This document shows positions 1 to 13,300 of a stretch of 64,000 nt of DNA, one piece after another. This DNA comes from Novakomyces olei (lineage: Eukaryota), in the NCBI GenBank assembly GCA_016906335.1, contig JADEYG010000009.1, forward strand, positions 248,001 through 312,000, read 5' to 3'. A program made the translations under genes and the position numbers. A model generated the notes under the pieces. The model searched no databases and was not told where the DNA came from. It saw only the letters and a program-made list of their open reading frames with translations. Position 1 is the first letter of the stretch. Every line of letters starts with the position of its first letter.

Positions 1-1
1 T

Positions 2-214
2 AATGAAACTGACCTGGTCGAAAGGCAGCACGAAACACAGGACAAAGATGGGAACCGGATCAGGTCTTTTTTCGTTACGCAAAAGTACCGCTCACTGCTT
101 TTAGCCGATGCTTTGAGCGAGCATGAACTGGTTATTGTAGAAAGGCCACTCGCTGATATTATGGCCGGCAAGAATATGCCTGTACGGTACCAGGCGTACA
201 AGTACGGAACTTGA
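2..214 (+). CDS. UTP4: 3' end of U3 snoRNP/SSU processome WD protein Utp4 (cirhin); partial, runs off window start
   Basis: Frame 2 reads ...FFVTQKYRSLLLADALSEHELVIVERPLADIMAGKNMPVRYQAYKYGT*, matching the Utp4 C-terminal KY[RK]P..L....ELxxxERP motif; stop TGA at 212-214. Confidence 0.75.
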   Translation, partial: NETDLVERQHETQDKDGNRIRSFFVTQKYRSLLLADALSEHELVIVERPLADIMAGKNMPVRYQAYKYGT

Positions 215-921
215 TAGACGGGCAATAATTGTATAATATAATTATTAATAATTAAAAGATTAATTTATAATTGTGACAAATATTTATAATTGTTATTTAT
301 GGTTAGAACAAAGATTTGCGATTATAATAATCAGTCAGTAAATAAATATAGCTATAAATAAATGTCGATGTAAATATAAATCTTAAAACTATCGGTGTTT
401 TGAATAAACAAATATAAATGTAGTTTATAATAATATAACATTCATTATTAAATATAGACATAAAAAATAAAGCGTCACTCCCTGCAAATCCACAGGTTTA
501 TTATACCACAAAGTCCTTCCTGTCAAGCCCACAATTACTCCACAATTTATTGCTTCATCGTGTGTGGCAGTGTAGAATCGTTCAAAGAGCAAGTAATATC
601 AACATTTGTTACAGATTTGAAACGTACATACAAGCGCTAAATCAAATCGCCGCCTCAATCAAAATACACATCGACACAATCAGTGCCGCTTGTTCATAAA
701 CGGGCGCCCGAGTTCACCGGTCCTTGTATCAAGCTCGTCTCATATGCGCGTAGGCTCGAGGGCAAACAACAAAGTAAATAAATAAAGTAGATACAATCAG
801 CTGGTAGAAAGAATAGAAAACAACAATTAGGCACTTAAGTTTAAGACAATATATTAACCCGCATAGAGACGGTGATAGGAAAAGTGATGAATATGCAGGA
901 GTAAATGCAAAATTAACAAAG

Positions 922-2815
922 TTAAACGCTTTGGGGGACTTGCGCTGCAGGTGGAGATTGATGCATGAAGGCACTAAACGTTAGCAATAAGAACTGACAG
1001 ATTAAATCAAAGCGTAGCACGTCAAACAGGCACAAGTAAAGACTTTGCATGAAATGAAAATGAAAAAGGTAAAACTATTAATATATATACATAATAAATA
1101 AATAAAACATGACGTAAATAATTATAAACATACCTATTCCGTCGGTTCTTGCGCAATTGCTGTTTCAGCTGCTGTTGACCTAAAGGCCGCAGTAATTCAA
1201 AAGAGCACAAAAGCTCGGCTGATACGCTCATAATTGCACCAAAATTATCAAATTCACCGCAATAATTTGGAGCCGAAAATACTGTAACAAGTGTACGATC
1301 ATTAAAAAACTCGTATCCGTCTTCGACAACCATGTGCGCCCGGCATACAAGATCAAACTCATGTTTATGTAAAAATTGCTCAATAACGTTTTTACCGAAA
1401 CAGTAGCTGACTCCCCGTTCATTGTCCTCCCAATCGTCCGTATTATCCGTTGGATCTGACCATAAAAGATCGCTCAAGAGTCCAAAATCAGGAACATCCG
1501 TCGGCCTTCCGATATTACGAATATCCTGCATGTGCTGCAAAGAGGGAGAGAGGCCCCCATGTACACAGAATATTTTGCCAGCAACTACTGCGGCAATTGG
1601 AAGAGTATTAAAAACATCGACAAAAGTTTTCCATATTTTTACGTTGCAACGTCGTTTGCACTCGTCGTAGAATCCATAGACTCTGGTAACACTTGCGCAT
1701 TCGTGATTGCCGCGGAGAAGAAAGAAATTCTCTGGGTATTTGATTTTGTATAAAAGCAAAAGGCAAATAGTCTCCAGGCTCTGTTTGCCCCGGTCGACAT
1801 AGTCTCCGAGAAAGAGAAAATTGCTGTGTGGAGGAAACCCGCACATTTCAAACATACGTAATAGATCTGAAAATTGGCCATGAATATCGCCCACAATCTT
1901 CACTGGAGCATTCAGCTCGAGAAACGTGGGCTGCGATAAAAACACTTGTCTGGCAGCCTGGCATATTGATGTTATTTCCGCGTTTTTAAGGCACAGGGAC
2001 TTGGTTACCCTGCCAGAGTAGCCGGCATCCAACAATCGAATAATCATATCATCTAAATCAAGTAAGGAGTCAAACTGTGGAAGCCGAACTGCGGGAGATT
2101 GACTCAAAACGCTGCTTGACTGATGTTCAGATTCTCCAACAGCTTTAACAGTCTTTGCGTCTCCGTCAGTCTCTTCGGATTTGTTTAGATCCGCATCGCT
2201 TTCTAATTTCCGGCCAGATTCTCGTGCAGACGTATCCGAATGAGCGCTGACTTTCTCTATATTTGCTTTCCATTTATCATCGTCGCCTGCAGAATTTCCA
2301 TGTGGCGAATGGTGGTCTACTTGCGAAGCGCTTCTGCCATCATCCTGGCCTGTCTTTGCCTCATGAACGTGTTCAGAGGCGGCAGCCTCCACCTCTTTCC
2401 GCACCAGAATGGAAGTGAGCGGCTGCAGCTGCCTCACGTTCTCCGGCATATGCGACGGACCCTCGGAAGAAACATGTCCGATCTCGGCCTCATCGGCATG
2501 GCTCCGACCCGAATGCCGATGGACAGGAGATAGAGGCCTTTGAGGCGGCAGCTCATTGCCAAGAGATTCATCGTCATCGTCATCGTCATCGCCTGACCGG
2601 AACGATCGGCTCGAAGCAGCGGAGGACGAGTTCGCGTCACTGTCCCGACGTTGAGGAACAATGCTCTTCAGACTATTTCGCACTGAGCGATTAGAGCCCT
2701 GAGTATCGGACCGTGAGAAAGAAGGGAACCTTCCGAGCGAGCCGGTGCCATTGCCATTGCTGGACTCGACACTGGCAGTCCGTTTAAAGTTGGATTTGCT
2801 GGAAGAGTTCCCCAT
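922..2815 (-). CDS. PPZ1: Ser/Thr protein phosphatase Z (PPZ), 2 exons (2815-1134, 973-922)
   Basis: MGNSSSK myristoylation start, long Ser-rich N-terminus, PPP motifs GDIHG, GDYVDRG, RGNHE, SAPNYC. Intron 1133-974 (GTATGT...GCTAAC...TAG) gives a C-terminus ...[18 protein letters not shown]. Confidence 0.93.
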
Positions 2816-4280
2816 CGGATCTGATGTAAAAGGACGCTATATCAATACACGAGATCACGAGCGCGATCTTTTGGGGACAGTGGCCGATACGAAGAAGCAG
2901 TCACGGAACCTTATTTGCAAGATTAGTCGATCCCTGATCAATCCTCAGAGTTTCAAGGCCACAGAATTTGGAGCTTTGTACTTGCAAATGTATGCACTCT
3001 CCGATCTGCTGTACCGGCAGCAGTCAAAATAAAGCAGAGCATAAAAGACGCTAAACTGCTGTCTGAAACGTATTATGGGGGCACTTGATGCGGCTTCTTT
3101 CACAGAATCACAGAAATAAATGCCGCTCTTTCCACAGGCACGAATCACGTCAAACACAGAAGCCAAGTTTGATCTGACTGTCGGTTTGGTAACTCGAGGC
3201 CAGAGTCGTAATGGTTGGATGATTACTTGGCATTATTTCATTAATATATGTTTCCAATTTTGTACGTAAATTCTGTTTCCATACTCTATGTATACTTTAG
3301 TATGCACGATGATTATTGAATTTTATGTTTTATCTTGAAAGCTCATTGACGCGTATACTATAGATAATCAATCATACATGATAATAGACGCGCGACAGTA
3401 TAATATTTTTGTACTATGAAGGAGAATGTGTCGTAGACAATTTTATTTATTCTGTAATTAAATGCATTATATGGTTAATAGATGTATTTTATACTCTAAA
3501 TAGAATAATTAATGTTCTTTACATTTGATTAAATTATTAGGTTTCTTCTAATTTTTTATGGAGTACCAAAATACTATCGCTGTTATATCTCGATATTCTT
3601 GGAAATTCAATTGAAGTATGCTTGGCGCGATATAAGCAATACATGCTTTATCCACACGGATAATTATCCAAATATTCGCAAATTAATGAACGGGTAGTCT
3701 ATCAAACTGAGATTCCATATATATATATAGGTAGTTAGTTAGTGTACAAGCAATCGTACTATTGGTGTTTATCAGACGGTAGAAAACGTAAAAGATTAGT
3801 TATATGAAACAACTATAATTGCGCAACAGTAGTCATCTCACTTACTTTTGTCTATAAGCAATCAGACTTTGCCTTTGGTTTGGATAAATCTTTTCCATAT
3901 ACCAAAGCTTCGTGCGAGTCGAGCTATTACGGAAAGTCTGTCGTTTACCGTCGCTTGCAGCCCCATAGTTGCTGGAAACGAGTGTCACGGTTTCTCCTTC
4001 GTTCAATTGATCCTGTCTTTGCCGAAAAGGCGGCACTTTGAGGTGAGAATATTAAGGAGGTGCACAAGCGATTGAGTTTAATTCTTTATTATTGTTGTCA
4101 TGTTGCAATTACTCTTGCAACCAAGGATTCTGTTTTCGTTTCTTTGAAATGATGTTTTGCTTGAGTCTTCAGCAAACTTGCGTGGGCATTAATGGCAATT
4201 TTAAACTCACAGCTCTTGTGAACTGGTGGCGGGATCCAAGCGCCCGATAACGATGCAGCAGAATGAAAGAATCAATGAAT

Positions 4281-4363
4281 GCTGAGATGAGTTATTGTAT
4301 AAAAAAATATCAACTAGAAGCTGTTGCTGATGTCTGGTGATTAAACGTACAAAGTCTCTGAGC
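4281..4363 (+). ncRNA. Box C/D snoRNA candidate (SNORD95-like), in a 5'UTR intron of ADE12
   Basis: C-like GAGATGA 4284-4290, D' CTGA 4327-4330, C' GTGATTA 4337-4343, D CTGA 4358-4361. Guide TATCAACTAGAAGCTGTT (4308-4325) is 17/18 complementary to fungal LSU rRNA AACAGCCUCUAGUUGAUA as recalled. Flanked by donor GTGAGA (4043) and TACTGAC...GCAG (4449). Confidence 0.72.
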
Positions 4364-4484
4364 TTTCTTGCTCTGTTTCATTTGCTCGTTTTGAAACGCA
4401 CCAGCAATAAATATTTGAAATGTTTTGAATACTGACATTTTGGCTGCAGGGTTTATCGGCTTTTGTTGAAGTCAAGGATTAGAA

Positions 4485-5987
4485 ATGTCGCTTATAAGCG
4501 AAACTGGTGTTTCAGTTCGAAATGACGGGTAAGTGATATTGATTGGTTTACGTGATGGTTTAGCAGACATATTTCGATTTAATTTAATGCTTTCGATATT
4601 TTTAATATTTAAGTCTTTTATTCGTGGTTGGAATTTATGGCTTTTCTATTCTCTTTTTCTCTTTCTCGATCCTTGTATTCTATCTATTTTCTGTATATTT
4701 TGAAATGTAATTTTAACCCTTATCAGCATAACTGTCGTGCTTGGCGCTCAATGGGGAGACGAAGGCAAAGGCAAGCTTGTCGATATTTTGTGCGACAATA
4801 TCGATGTCTGTGCTCGATGCCAGGGCGGCAATAACGCCGGTCATACAATTGTAGCAAACGGAATCACATACGATTTCCATATAATACCGTCTGGCCTGGT
4901 TAACCCTAAATGCATTAATCTTATCGGTACCGGCTGTGTCGTTCACGTCCCCAGCTTTTTCCAAGAGCTTGAAGCGTTGAAATCCAAGGGCTTAGACTCA
5001 ACGGATCGTATCTTTATCTCTGATCGATCACAGCTCGTGTTCGACTACCATCAGGTAGTTGACGGACTTAAAGAAGCCGAGCTCGGTGGTAAAAGCATCG
5101 GAACAACGCGCAAAGGCATTGGACCAGCTTATTCAAGCAAAGCTAGTCGTTCCGGAGTCCGAGTTCATCATCTTGTAGGTGAATGGGACGAGTTTGAACG
5201 AAGATTCCGAGCAAATTTAGAGACTCGAGTTAAACGCTACGGATCCTTTGAATATGAATGTGAAAAGGAACTCGAACGTTATCGTCAGTTTGCTGACAAG
5301 TTACGGCCCTATGTGATCGATGCAGTTGCCTTTATTAACAAGGCATTTGCTCAGAATAAAAGGATCCTAGTGGAAGGCGCCAATGCACTCATGCTCGATC
5401 TCGATTTCGGTACTTACCCGTTCGTGACGTCATCAAATACTTCAGTAGGCGGAGTATGCACGGGCCTTGGCGTCCCACCACAGCGATTAAAAAGCATTAT
5501 CGGAGTTGTCAAGGCTTATACTACACGTGTTGGAGCCGGTCCTTTTGCTTCAGAGCAATTAAACTCTGTAGGAGAAGCTTTGCAGCAAGTTGGCCGTGAG
5601 TGGGGAGTAACAACGGGTCGCAAAAGACGTTGTGGATGGCTGGATCTTGTTGTCGTTCAGTACTCCACAATGATAAATGGGTATACTTCCTTGATGTTGA
5701 CAAAACTCGATGTTTTGGATGATTTGCCAGAGATTAAAGTTGCTGTTGCTTATTGGCTGGATGGGAAGAAGCTCGACACTTTTCCGGCTAACCTTTCCCT
5801 GTTTAATCGTATTGAAGTCGAGTACAAGACTCTGCCGGGGTGGAAGACTTGTACCACGGGAACACGTTCTTACTCTGAGCTTCCCGCTAATGCTCGGGCG
5901 TATATTGAATTTGTCGAGGACTTTGTCGGTGTAAAGATCGAGTACATCGGTGTTGGGCCGAAGCGCGAGGAGGTTTTGGTGCGCTGA
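4485..5987 (+). CDS. ADE12: Adenylosuccinate synthetase, 2 coding exons (4485-4528, 4727-5987)
   Basis: Spliced N-terminus [31 protein letters not shown]; motifs [37 protein letters not shown]. Confidence 0.97.
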
Positions 5988-6216
5988 TATATGCAGCCCT
6001 ACAGTTTATTATATCATCATCAGTACATAGAAATTGAATAATGTTAGTAGGCTTTCCTGGTTAAAATGTATTGATTTGTATGTTGATATACGGATATGTA
6101 TTGATCTCAATGTAGACGTATATCTTATATTATTTTGTTTTATTTTTATTTTATTTATTCTGCGTGATACTATGCTACAGGACAGTATACAATAATGTTA
6201 ATTTTCTGAATCTTGT

Positions 6217-7220
6217 TCAATGAAAAGCCTTCACCTTTCCTTCATGCTCTTCATGGTGAACCTTCTCGCTACCCTGTGCGTTCACATAGCTAAGGAAACT
6301 GTTCCATCCTAGAGCTACTGTATTCACGACGAGCAACCGATGATCGAGGGGAACGTACTGGCAGGATTAGCATTTGATACCGGTTACTCGTCAACGACAT
6401 ACCCGAAAGTTAAGATACTGCACAGCCGGCCAAATCGTATAGTTTGCAAGCAGAGCGCGTTTGCTAGATTTAAGAATGGGATGCCAAAAAATAAAAAGAA
6501 CCCAAATTTAAACTAAACAAAAATAAAATATTAATTAAAAAATATAAATATTAATTAATTAAAAAATATTAATATTAATTAATTAAAAAATATAAATATT
6601 GGTTGATCGAACAAAATCAAACAGAAAGACAAAAGAATCTGGAGTCACAATAAAGCGCTCTTCTTACAATGACAGCCGCAGCCGCTCTTTGGCTTCGACA
6701 AACGTATTGCCTTCGAGAATGCTCTGAGATACAAAGAATAATGATAAAAACATTGGGCTGAATAGCAGCTGGTCGGCTGCAACACGCGCCATTACGGCAG
6801 CCGATCGGCCCCAACTAAGAGGAACATGCACATAACGATCAAGAATTCGATACCAATAAGTGCTCGCTGGTGCCGCTACTAGACCTCCATAAAGCGCTAA
6901 TCTCGTGGTTCGATATAGATCATGGCTGTTTATCCCGCGTTTCTCAACTGCCTGCTGAGCGACAATATCACCAGCACCAAACAGAGCCTATAGAATTACA
7001 ATTAGTACATTTGCTAATTGTTATGCTTGTTTCATAGTTTCGGATCTCTGTTTGGAGGTTCTCTTTTGTTTTCTTTTCTTTTGTCTGTTGTTCCTGGGTT
7101 TTTGTCATTCTTTTTATCTTTGTTTTTTTATTCGATTTAGAAAAGGAGTACTGTGGTTACGACACATTGGGTGCCAATAGGGAAGCGTGCCAAACTCCTG
7201 CGATAAAAGCGAATGGGCAT
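6217..7220 (-). CDS. SYM1: Mpv17/PMP22 family mitochondrial inner membrane protein, 4 exons
   Basis: Spliced translation MPIRFYRRSLARFPIGTQCVVTT-ALFGAGDIVAQQAVE...RVAADQLLFSP...ANYTIWPAVQYLNFR-YVPLDHRLLVVNTVALGWNSFLSYVN, the Mpv17 signature. GT..AG introns with branch sites. Absent from the ORF track. Confidence 0.9.
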
Positions 7221-9135
7221 TTGCAGGCTGAACGAACTCTAAAGACTGCCTACAATTATCAATTACTTTTTCCTCTTTATTAATACATTTAATCCGCCTT
7301 GTGCGGTAATAGTGCGGTCGTTAGTCGCGTCTCATCCCAGTTGCCGATAAATTTCCCTTCAAAGTACTGTGAGCTAACAAGCATCGTCAAGTGATTATCG
7401 ACAATGGCTTTTCTATACTTTTTTCTAGTATATTTTGGCCGCATGAAGTTGGGCGCCTTTTCTACTTGGTATATAATAAAAGTAATAGTAATTTATCTGA
7501 CATTCAATAGCAATTGAATCATTGAGTGGTGGTCGCTTGCTAAGCCAAAGTATCTCAGATGCATGCCGCCGCGAGCTTTTATATGGCAACTGTTTGATTT
7601 GTGGTTATTTTAGTAGGAATGTACGATAGCTTCCAACTGAGGCAATATTTTTACCACAGTGCTTAAATACTGAAGAAACAAGTGCTTATTGTTCGTTAAA
7701 ACCCGAGTATGGTAATAGCGAGTAGAAAATAAAAGCATTAGCAACAACATCATCATCATCATCATTATCATTATTTCACATCCATTATTGTCGGCATTTA
7801 ATTTGTGAATTGCGGATTGTCCAGTATTCTGAAGGTGAATTGACTCTACATATTGTATTAAGATAAAATCGGCCACACTAAACGGCCTTTTGCTAATATG
7901 ATCTGTCTCTTTGAAGGCGTGCGTGGCCTGATTGATTATGTATGATGATATCACATGACAGAATACGCATTTCTTGAGTTGGCGTAGTTGGCGAACGTTC
8001 AAGCGAACAAATATTACGCCGTCATTTACTATATGAATAACTGCTGGCCCTGTGTATATGATAATATTAGCATACATAGCGAAGGGGACACATTAACCAG
8101 TCATGCTACGGCCGGCCTGGCCCATGTATAACAAAGACACTAGATTTTGTTTTTTTATGTTAGTATAGGCATAGCAATGCACGTAGTGGACAATGCAAAA
8201 AGTACCTCTAATTATTATTAAGAAATTCTTCCAATATTCACGTATACTAAAGAATCGAAAAGCCTCTCTAAAGAAGGAGGCTGGCCCCAACAAGCGTGCT
8301 GCCTTTGGTAAGTGCCTTCCGTGATGAAGATGAAATTGTGGTGATTAGAATATCGCGCGCATTTGTTCTCTGCTCAAAATGGCTGTTGTATTATGGTCTT
8401 TCTTCTTGCGCTTTCATTCGCTTTTTTCCGTCGGCGGTTTCTTTCTCCCTGACCTGGGTTTACTTGGGTGAGCCGTGCGCTTTTGGCCTCTGAGCAGGAT
8501 TTATTATAGTCGGCCGGGCGCGGAATGTTGCTGGCCTCACCCGACGGCCCAACACATAATCCTCGCTCATCATGTCTCAAGGTTTGCTCGTGCCGCTCTT
8601 GCTGGCTGTCTTCAAGTATTATTCTTAGCTCAACAGAGATCCGTAAAATGGGCAATGGGTCTAGCGGCGGTTTCATTAGATTCAAATTTCAATTCTTCTG
8701 GCTCATGCTATTGCAACCGAGGGATCTAAGAGCGCAGAATTTTGTTACTACGAGGAATTTATATTTATATATTTTTTTGCGATACGCATGTGCTACATTC
8801 GCTGTCGCCTCAATGTACTAAGCGGCTATTCTGTCTCTGCATACCGTCTATTCTGTACATATTGTCTTGAGCCTGTACTCGTTTATTCAATGATTATTTT
8901 TTTTTTGTTTTAAATCTGCCATGGTTTGGCTGCCCTGAATGGACATACTTTGATTGAGGTCAGCCATGCTTGACTTGATCAAGGGTTATGAGCTGAAAAC
9001 AGTTGCCTTGCTTTATATTTGCGGTTCTAGATTCTGCTAGTTTCTTACACAGTCCTGCCTGTGCGCGATACAATCACTACAATATACATCAAAATCATAC
9101 TTTAACACAGATTTATACTAATTTGCTAGTGAAGC

Positions 9136-10378
9136 ATGTCGGACGGCTTTCAGGCACGGCCTTATGGGTCGCAACCAAGCGCACCAGCGCCCACTGCTGA
9201 TCCTTATGCTCGGAATCGGCAAGATCGCTATGCTACTGAAAACTCTCAGTCTGCTCCAAGACCAGGAGGAGCTGCATCTCAGTTAAACGGAAACGGAGCT
9301 GCCGGCGGAACATATGAAATGGATCCATTGGCTGCCAGCCGTGGACCTGGGACAATGTCTGATTTTTTCAGTGAGGTAATTTTAGACGTGCATAACTTAT
9401 ACATATCAAACTGCATTAACAGTGAATTGATAACAAATACAATGATCATATCAATCAAAATATATTATTAAGGATACTGTTATTGTTATTTTTTTTTATT
9501 ATTTTACTTTATTTTGTTTTATTTCTATTTATTTATTTCAATTTGATTTCGTTCTGTTTCTTTTTGGTATTGGTTTATTACACTTTAGTCTATTCTAACA
9601 ATGACAGGTCGATTCTATCAGGTCAACTCTGGCTCAGATCGAAGAGAATGTAAATCGCATTGACCAATTGCACAGCAAATCTCTACAGGCAATTAGCGGA
9701 GAATCAAACGAGTACACTACCCGCCAGCTTGATTCTTTGACGGCAGAAACTCGCAGCTCACAGAATCGTGTACGTACAGCTATCAGAGTCCTCGAACAGC
9801 AATACATGTCAATGGACCCCGGAAACAATGATCGTAGTGTCCGTCGAACTCAAACGGACAATTTAAAGCGACGTTTTATGGAGCAAACAAAGCGATTTAT
9901 GCAGATGGAAGAACAGTACCGTGAGCGTTCAAAGGCACGGGCTCGGCGACAGATGGAAATTGCCAATCCTCAAGCAACTGAGTCTGAAATAAACGATGCA
10001 ATCGAAAGCGATCAGGGCAATCAAGTCTTTGCAAATGCCTTGCTTCGTAGTAATCGATCCGGTGAAGCTCGGTCGGCTTTGCGTGAAGTTCAAGCTCGTC
10101 ATGCGGACATTAAAAAGATTGAGCAAACAATTACGGAGCTGGCTCAGCTGATGCAAGATATGGCAATGATGGTAGAGCAACAAGATATGACTCAAGTTGA
10201 AAATGCCGCGGAAAATGTTAATCAGGATGTTGAGCAGGGCAATATTCATATGGACAAAGCGATCAAGAGCGCACGCGCTCTTCGTAAAAAGAAATGGTGG
10301 TGCCTTGGCATTATTATCCTTATTATTGTTGCAGTTGTTCTTATCGCCGTGCTCGTTAGGACAGTTGGTCAGAGATAA
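9136..10378 (+). CDS. SSO1: Plasma membrane t-SNARE syntaxin (Sso1/2, Psy1), 2 coding exons (9136-9375, 9608-10378)
   Basis: Habc helices, Qa-SNARE motif (ARHADIKKIEQTITELAQLMQDMAMMVEQQ), KARALRKKKWW-type basic stretch and C-terminal TM; intron GTAATT...CTAAC...CAG. Confidence 0.93.
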
Positions 10379-13300
10379 GAAAAGCGAATGGTTTTGTTAT
10401 TGAGAATAATTAGAATCTTGAAATATATAAAAATTGGAAAATATTGAAAACATCCTTGGAGATTCTTACCTATCGCTCTTTTGTCTTTTTATTAATTTAT
10501 TATTATTTTGGCAATACTTTTTTGGATTTGTTCCCAGACAACAGCTAATATTTATTTTATTTTATTTTATCTAATTTAATTTTATGATTTATTGTTTGAA
10601 TTTGTTTCGATATGTTTTGACTCGATTAATTTGGGTTTACTGCGTTGATATCTATGTTATTCCACTATAATCCTAGCCTTTTTGATTAATTGTGCGTCGC
10701 ACACAATCTTTCAAAGTTTTCACTTTATTCTATTTGCTTTTAGCTGTTGTTTCTTCGTTACCCGCGGCCCAAATTTTGCTCAAGGATTATATATATGTAC
10801 GACCACGCGATACATGAATATGTGCCGCCAGTGGAAACGAAATGTTACTATTAGAATGGTTATAGCTAATGAATTTGGACCAATATTTTTGCAAAGTTTA
10901 CTCAACTGCTTAGATTTCGTTTAGACAATGCAGATAGACATGATTGCAAACAGTCGTCCCGTAGAAAGTTGGCATAGAATACTTATGCCACATTCACTAC
11001 ATTTATATAAGGGTTTTTAGACAAACTTGAACACCCTGTCCCACTGACCAGAAACAATAATTTTTGCGTCAAAAGAATCAAATATCTGGTAGTACGGAAA
11101 TAGCCGTATTATTGAATATAATACGGGTTGGAAATACGTAATCCGACAGCTCGAGAATCCAGGCGATAACAAATATGGTTGCGAATTGGACTGCTACTTG
11201 TTGCGAGCTCAAGGAGGCGTAATATTCGCCGATCGTGTTGTGCTCCGGCGCAGGGACGCGCGATCCGTGTAAAAGGCCTCGACCCCGGGATATTTGGGGC
11301 GAAATAACATAATAGCGGGCTAGACTTTTCATAGTAGGAGACAAATAATAGGAGATAACGCGTAAATGTGGGTTGACGAGACAATCGCTATGTGACTATT
11401 ATTATGCGTGCCATTGCACAGGAGGCTTGTTATAGTATTGGCGGATGATCTGCCATATTTTCACTTTTGCTTTGTGAATTACTTGTAAACAAATCGATTA
11501 CCAAGTAACACGGAAGCTGGCGGTGCTACGCTAGTGAGGCCAGCGTAGCACTAATTTTGAAACCTACTTTTCGCTGGCATTATTGGCTCGCTCTAGTAAT
11601 TATTATTATATGTTGATCTGTAGTCGGATTGGTTGAACCACACTTTTAGTGCTGTGACTCTCTCTACCTTAAACATCTATCTACTAGCAGTGTTCCACAT
11701 CTGAACCGGTTTGATTACCCATCAACTGCAACACCCGAGACCGTGATCAACACTTGCCCCCTTTTTTCCTTTCTTTCGAATACATTACCCAATATTCAGT
11801 ATTGGCACTTGCCAGAGGACTTTATACTGGGAAAGTTTGGAATAGAAAGCTAATTGAAGTGGTCAACTAGACTCAACAGTCAAGTAACCTACCAAATAGA
11901 GACCATTTTTATTGTATTCTGAAATTCGTTCTGAAATTGGATTAATTGCTTTGTAACAGATTCGTCGAGCAAAAACTCTGCTCGGACATTTAGATAAACA
12001 TTGAGATTTGCGATTTCTTTTGAAAATAGATGAGCATGCATTATGTATCATACAAACGAACAAGAGCTACCACGATTGACGCGCGTTACACTCACTTGGG
12101 CGGAGGTGTGCACATTTCGCACATATTACGCACACATTCCACACGCTCTTAGCCAAGGGTTGGGTGGCGCGCTATAGTATAGAACATTGTTGCCTAATTA
12201 AATTTTTTGGCCGCGCGCCAACGCGCCAGTGGAAAGCAGCACAGGGGAAGTTAGGGTTTTCTAGCGTGCGATCTAAACCGCGGTCGGCACCCAATGGCAG
12301 GGTTTTCTGTTATGCGGGATGGCGTAAAGAAGGCTTAACCGGGGCACAAGGTTAAATTGCATGTAGACACTACCTATATGAGTTCTGTCATAATCATTTG
12401 CTGTTGTTTTTATTATTTTTGTTTATATTTGATAATAGTTATGGAAGTCGTAGCGGTATTCGTCAAGCAGTGAAAATATTTGGATAGAAATTTTATGCTG
12501 CATTTTCTCGATCATGAAAATGACGGTCAGATATGACTTGAGCACATTTGAGTCCATGACCTTTAATCGGAACATTCAGGTAGGTAATTAGTATACATCA
12601 TAATGCAGCTTTCACGGTATGCATGTTCATATAAACCAATGGTTTATCATAAATACCGATGAATACTAATTGGGCATATATTTGTTTACGTCACACAATT
12701 GGTATGTATATGATTCACGCATGATGCCAATCACTGCGTGGGGGAGATGTGTGGGATACCACGCGATTATTCACATTGTGATGCGTATACATGAAAACTT
12801 AACTATGTCTATAGACATGCCATAGGAACCACACGGATGTATATATGATCATATTATAATATCAGATACAATACAAATTGTCTCCAGACACATATTTTGT
12901 ACAGCTATACAAGTCTTCCAAATGTACATGTGCACACCAAGCTAGACAAGCTTATACAGCAAGAGCAGCTCAAATGACGATTACTGCTGTGTACAAGACA
13001 ATGCTGGCAAAGGCAAACTTTACAAATACAGTGTAGACTTACCTTTGCAACACTCGTGTATAAAATGCCTTTATATTTTATACTTGAAATAATATATAGC
13101 CCACGCAACGCATTCTCGTCACACGTCTATTTGCGCTATAAAATTTCAGCTTCCCAAATTTGCCTTATAATCACACTATAAAATTTTATTCTCTATGAAC
13201 CGGGAAATATTTCTACTCCATTGCCACTCTAATACGTACATTTACCAGCCAAAGGAGAAAGGGGGCCCCAAAAGTGGACAACAAAAAACAAAAAGGGGCG

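Noticed and set aside
4737-5987. Alternative yeast CUG code
   Set aside because: CTG occupies a conserved Leu position (GWLDL in ADE12), consistent with the standard code.
7942-8060. C box ATGATGA suggesting another snoRNA (also TTGATGA at ~42724)
   Set aside because: No suitably spaced D box or rRNA-complementary guide.
7610-8077. 155-aa minus-strand ORF
   Set aside because: AT-rich, polyMet arises from a (CAT)n repeat, no domain or splice support.
8374-8685. 103-aa minus-strand ORF
   Set aside because: No recognisable motif; antisense to the probable syntaxin 5' region.
11268-11278. U5 snRNA loop 1 motif GCCTTTTAC on the minus strand
   Set aside because: Flanking bases do not form the required stem.
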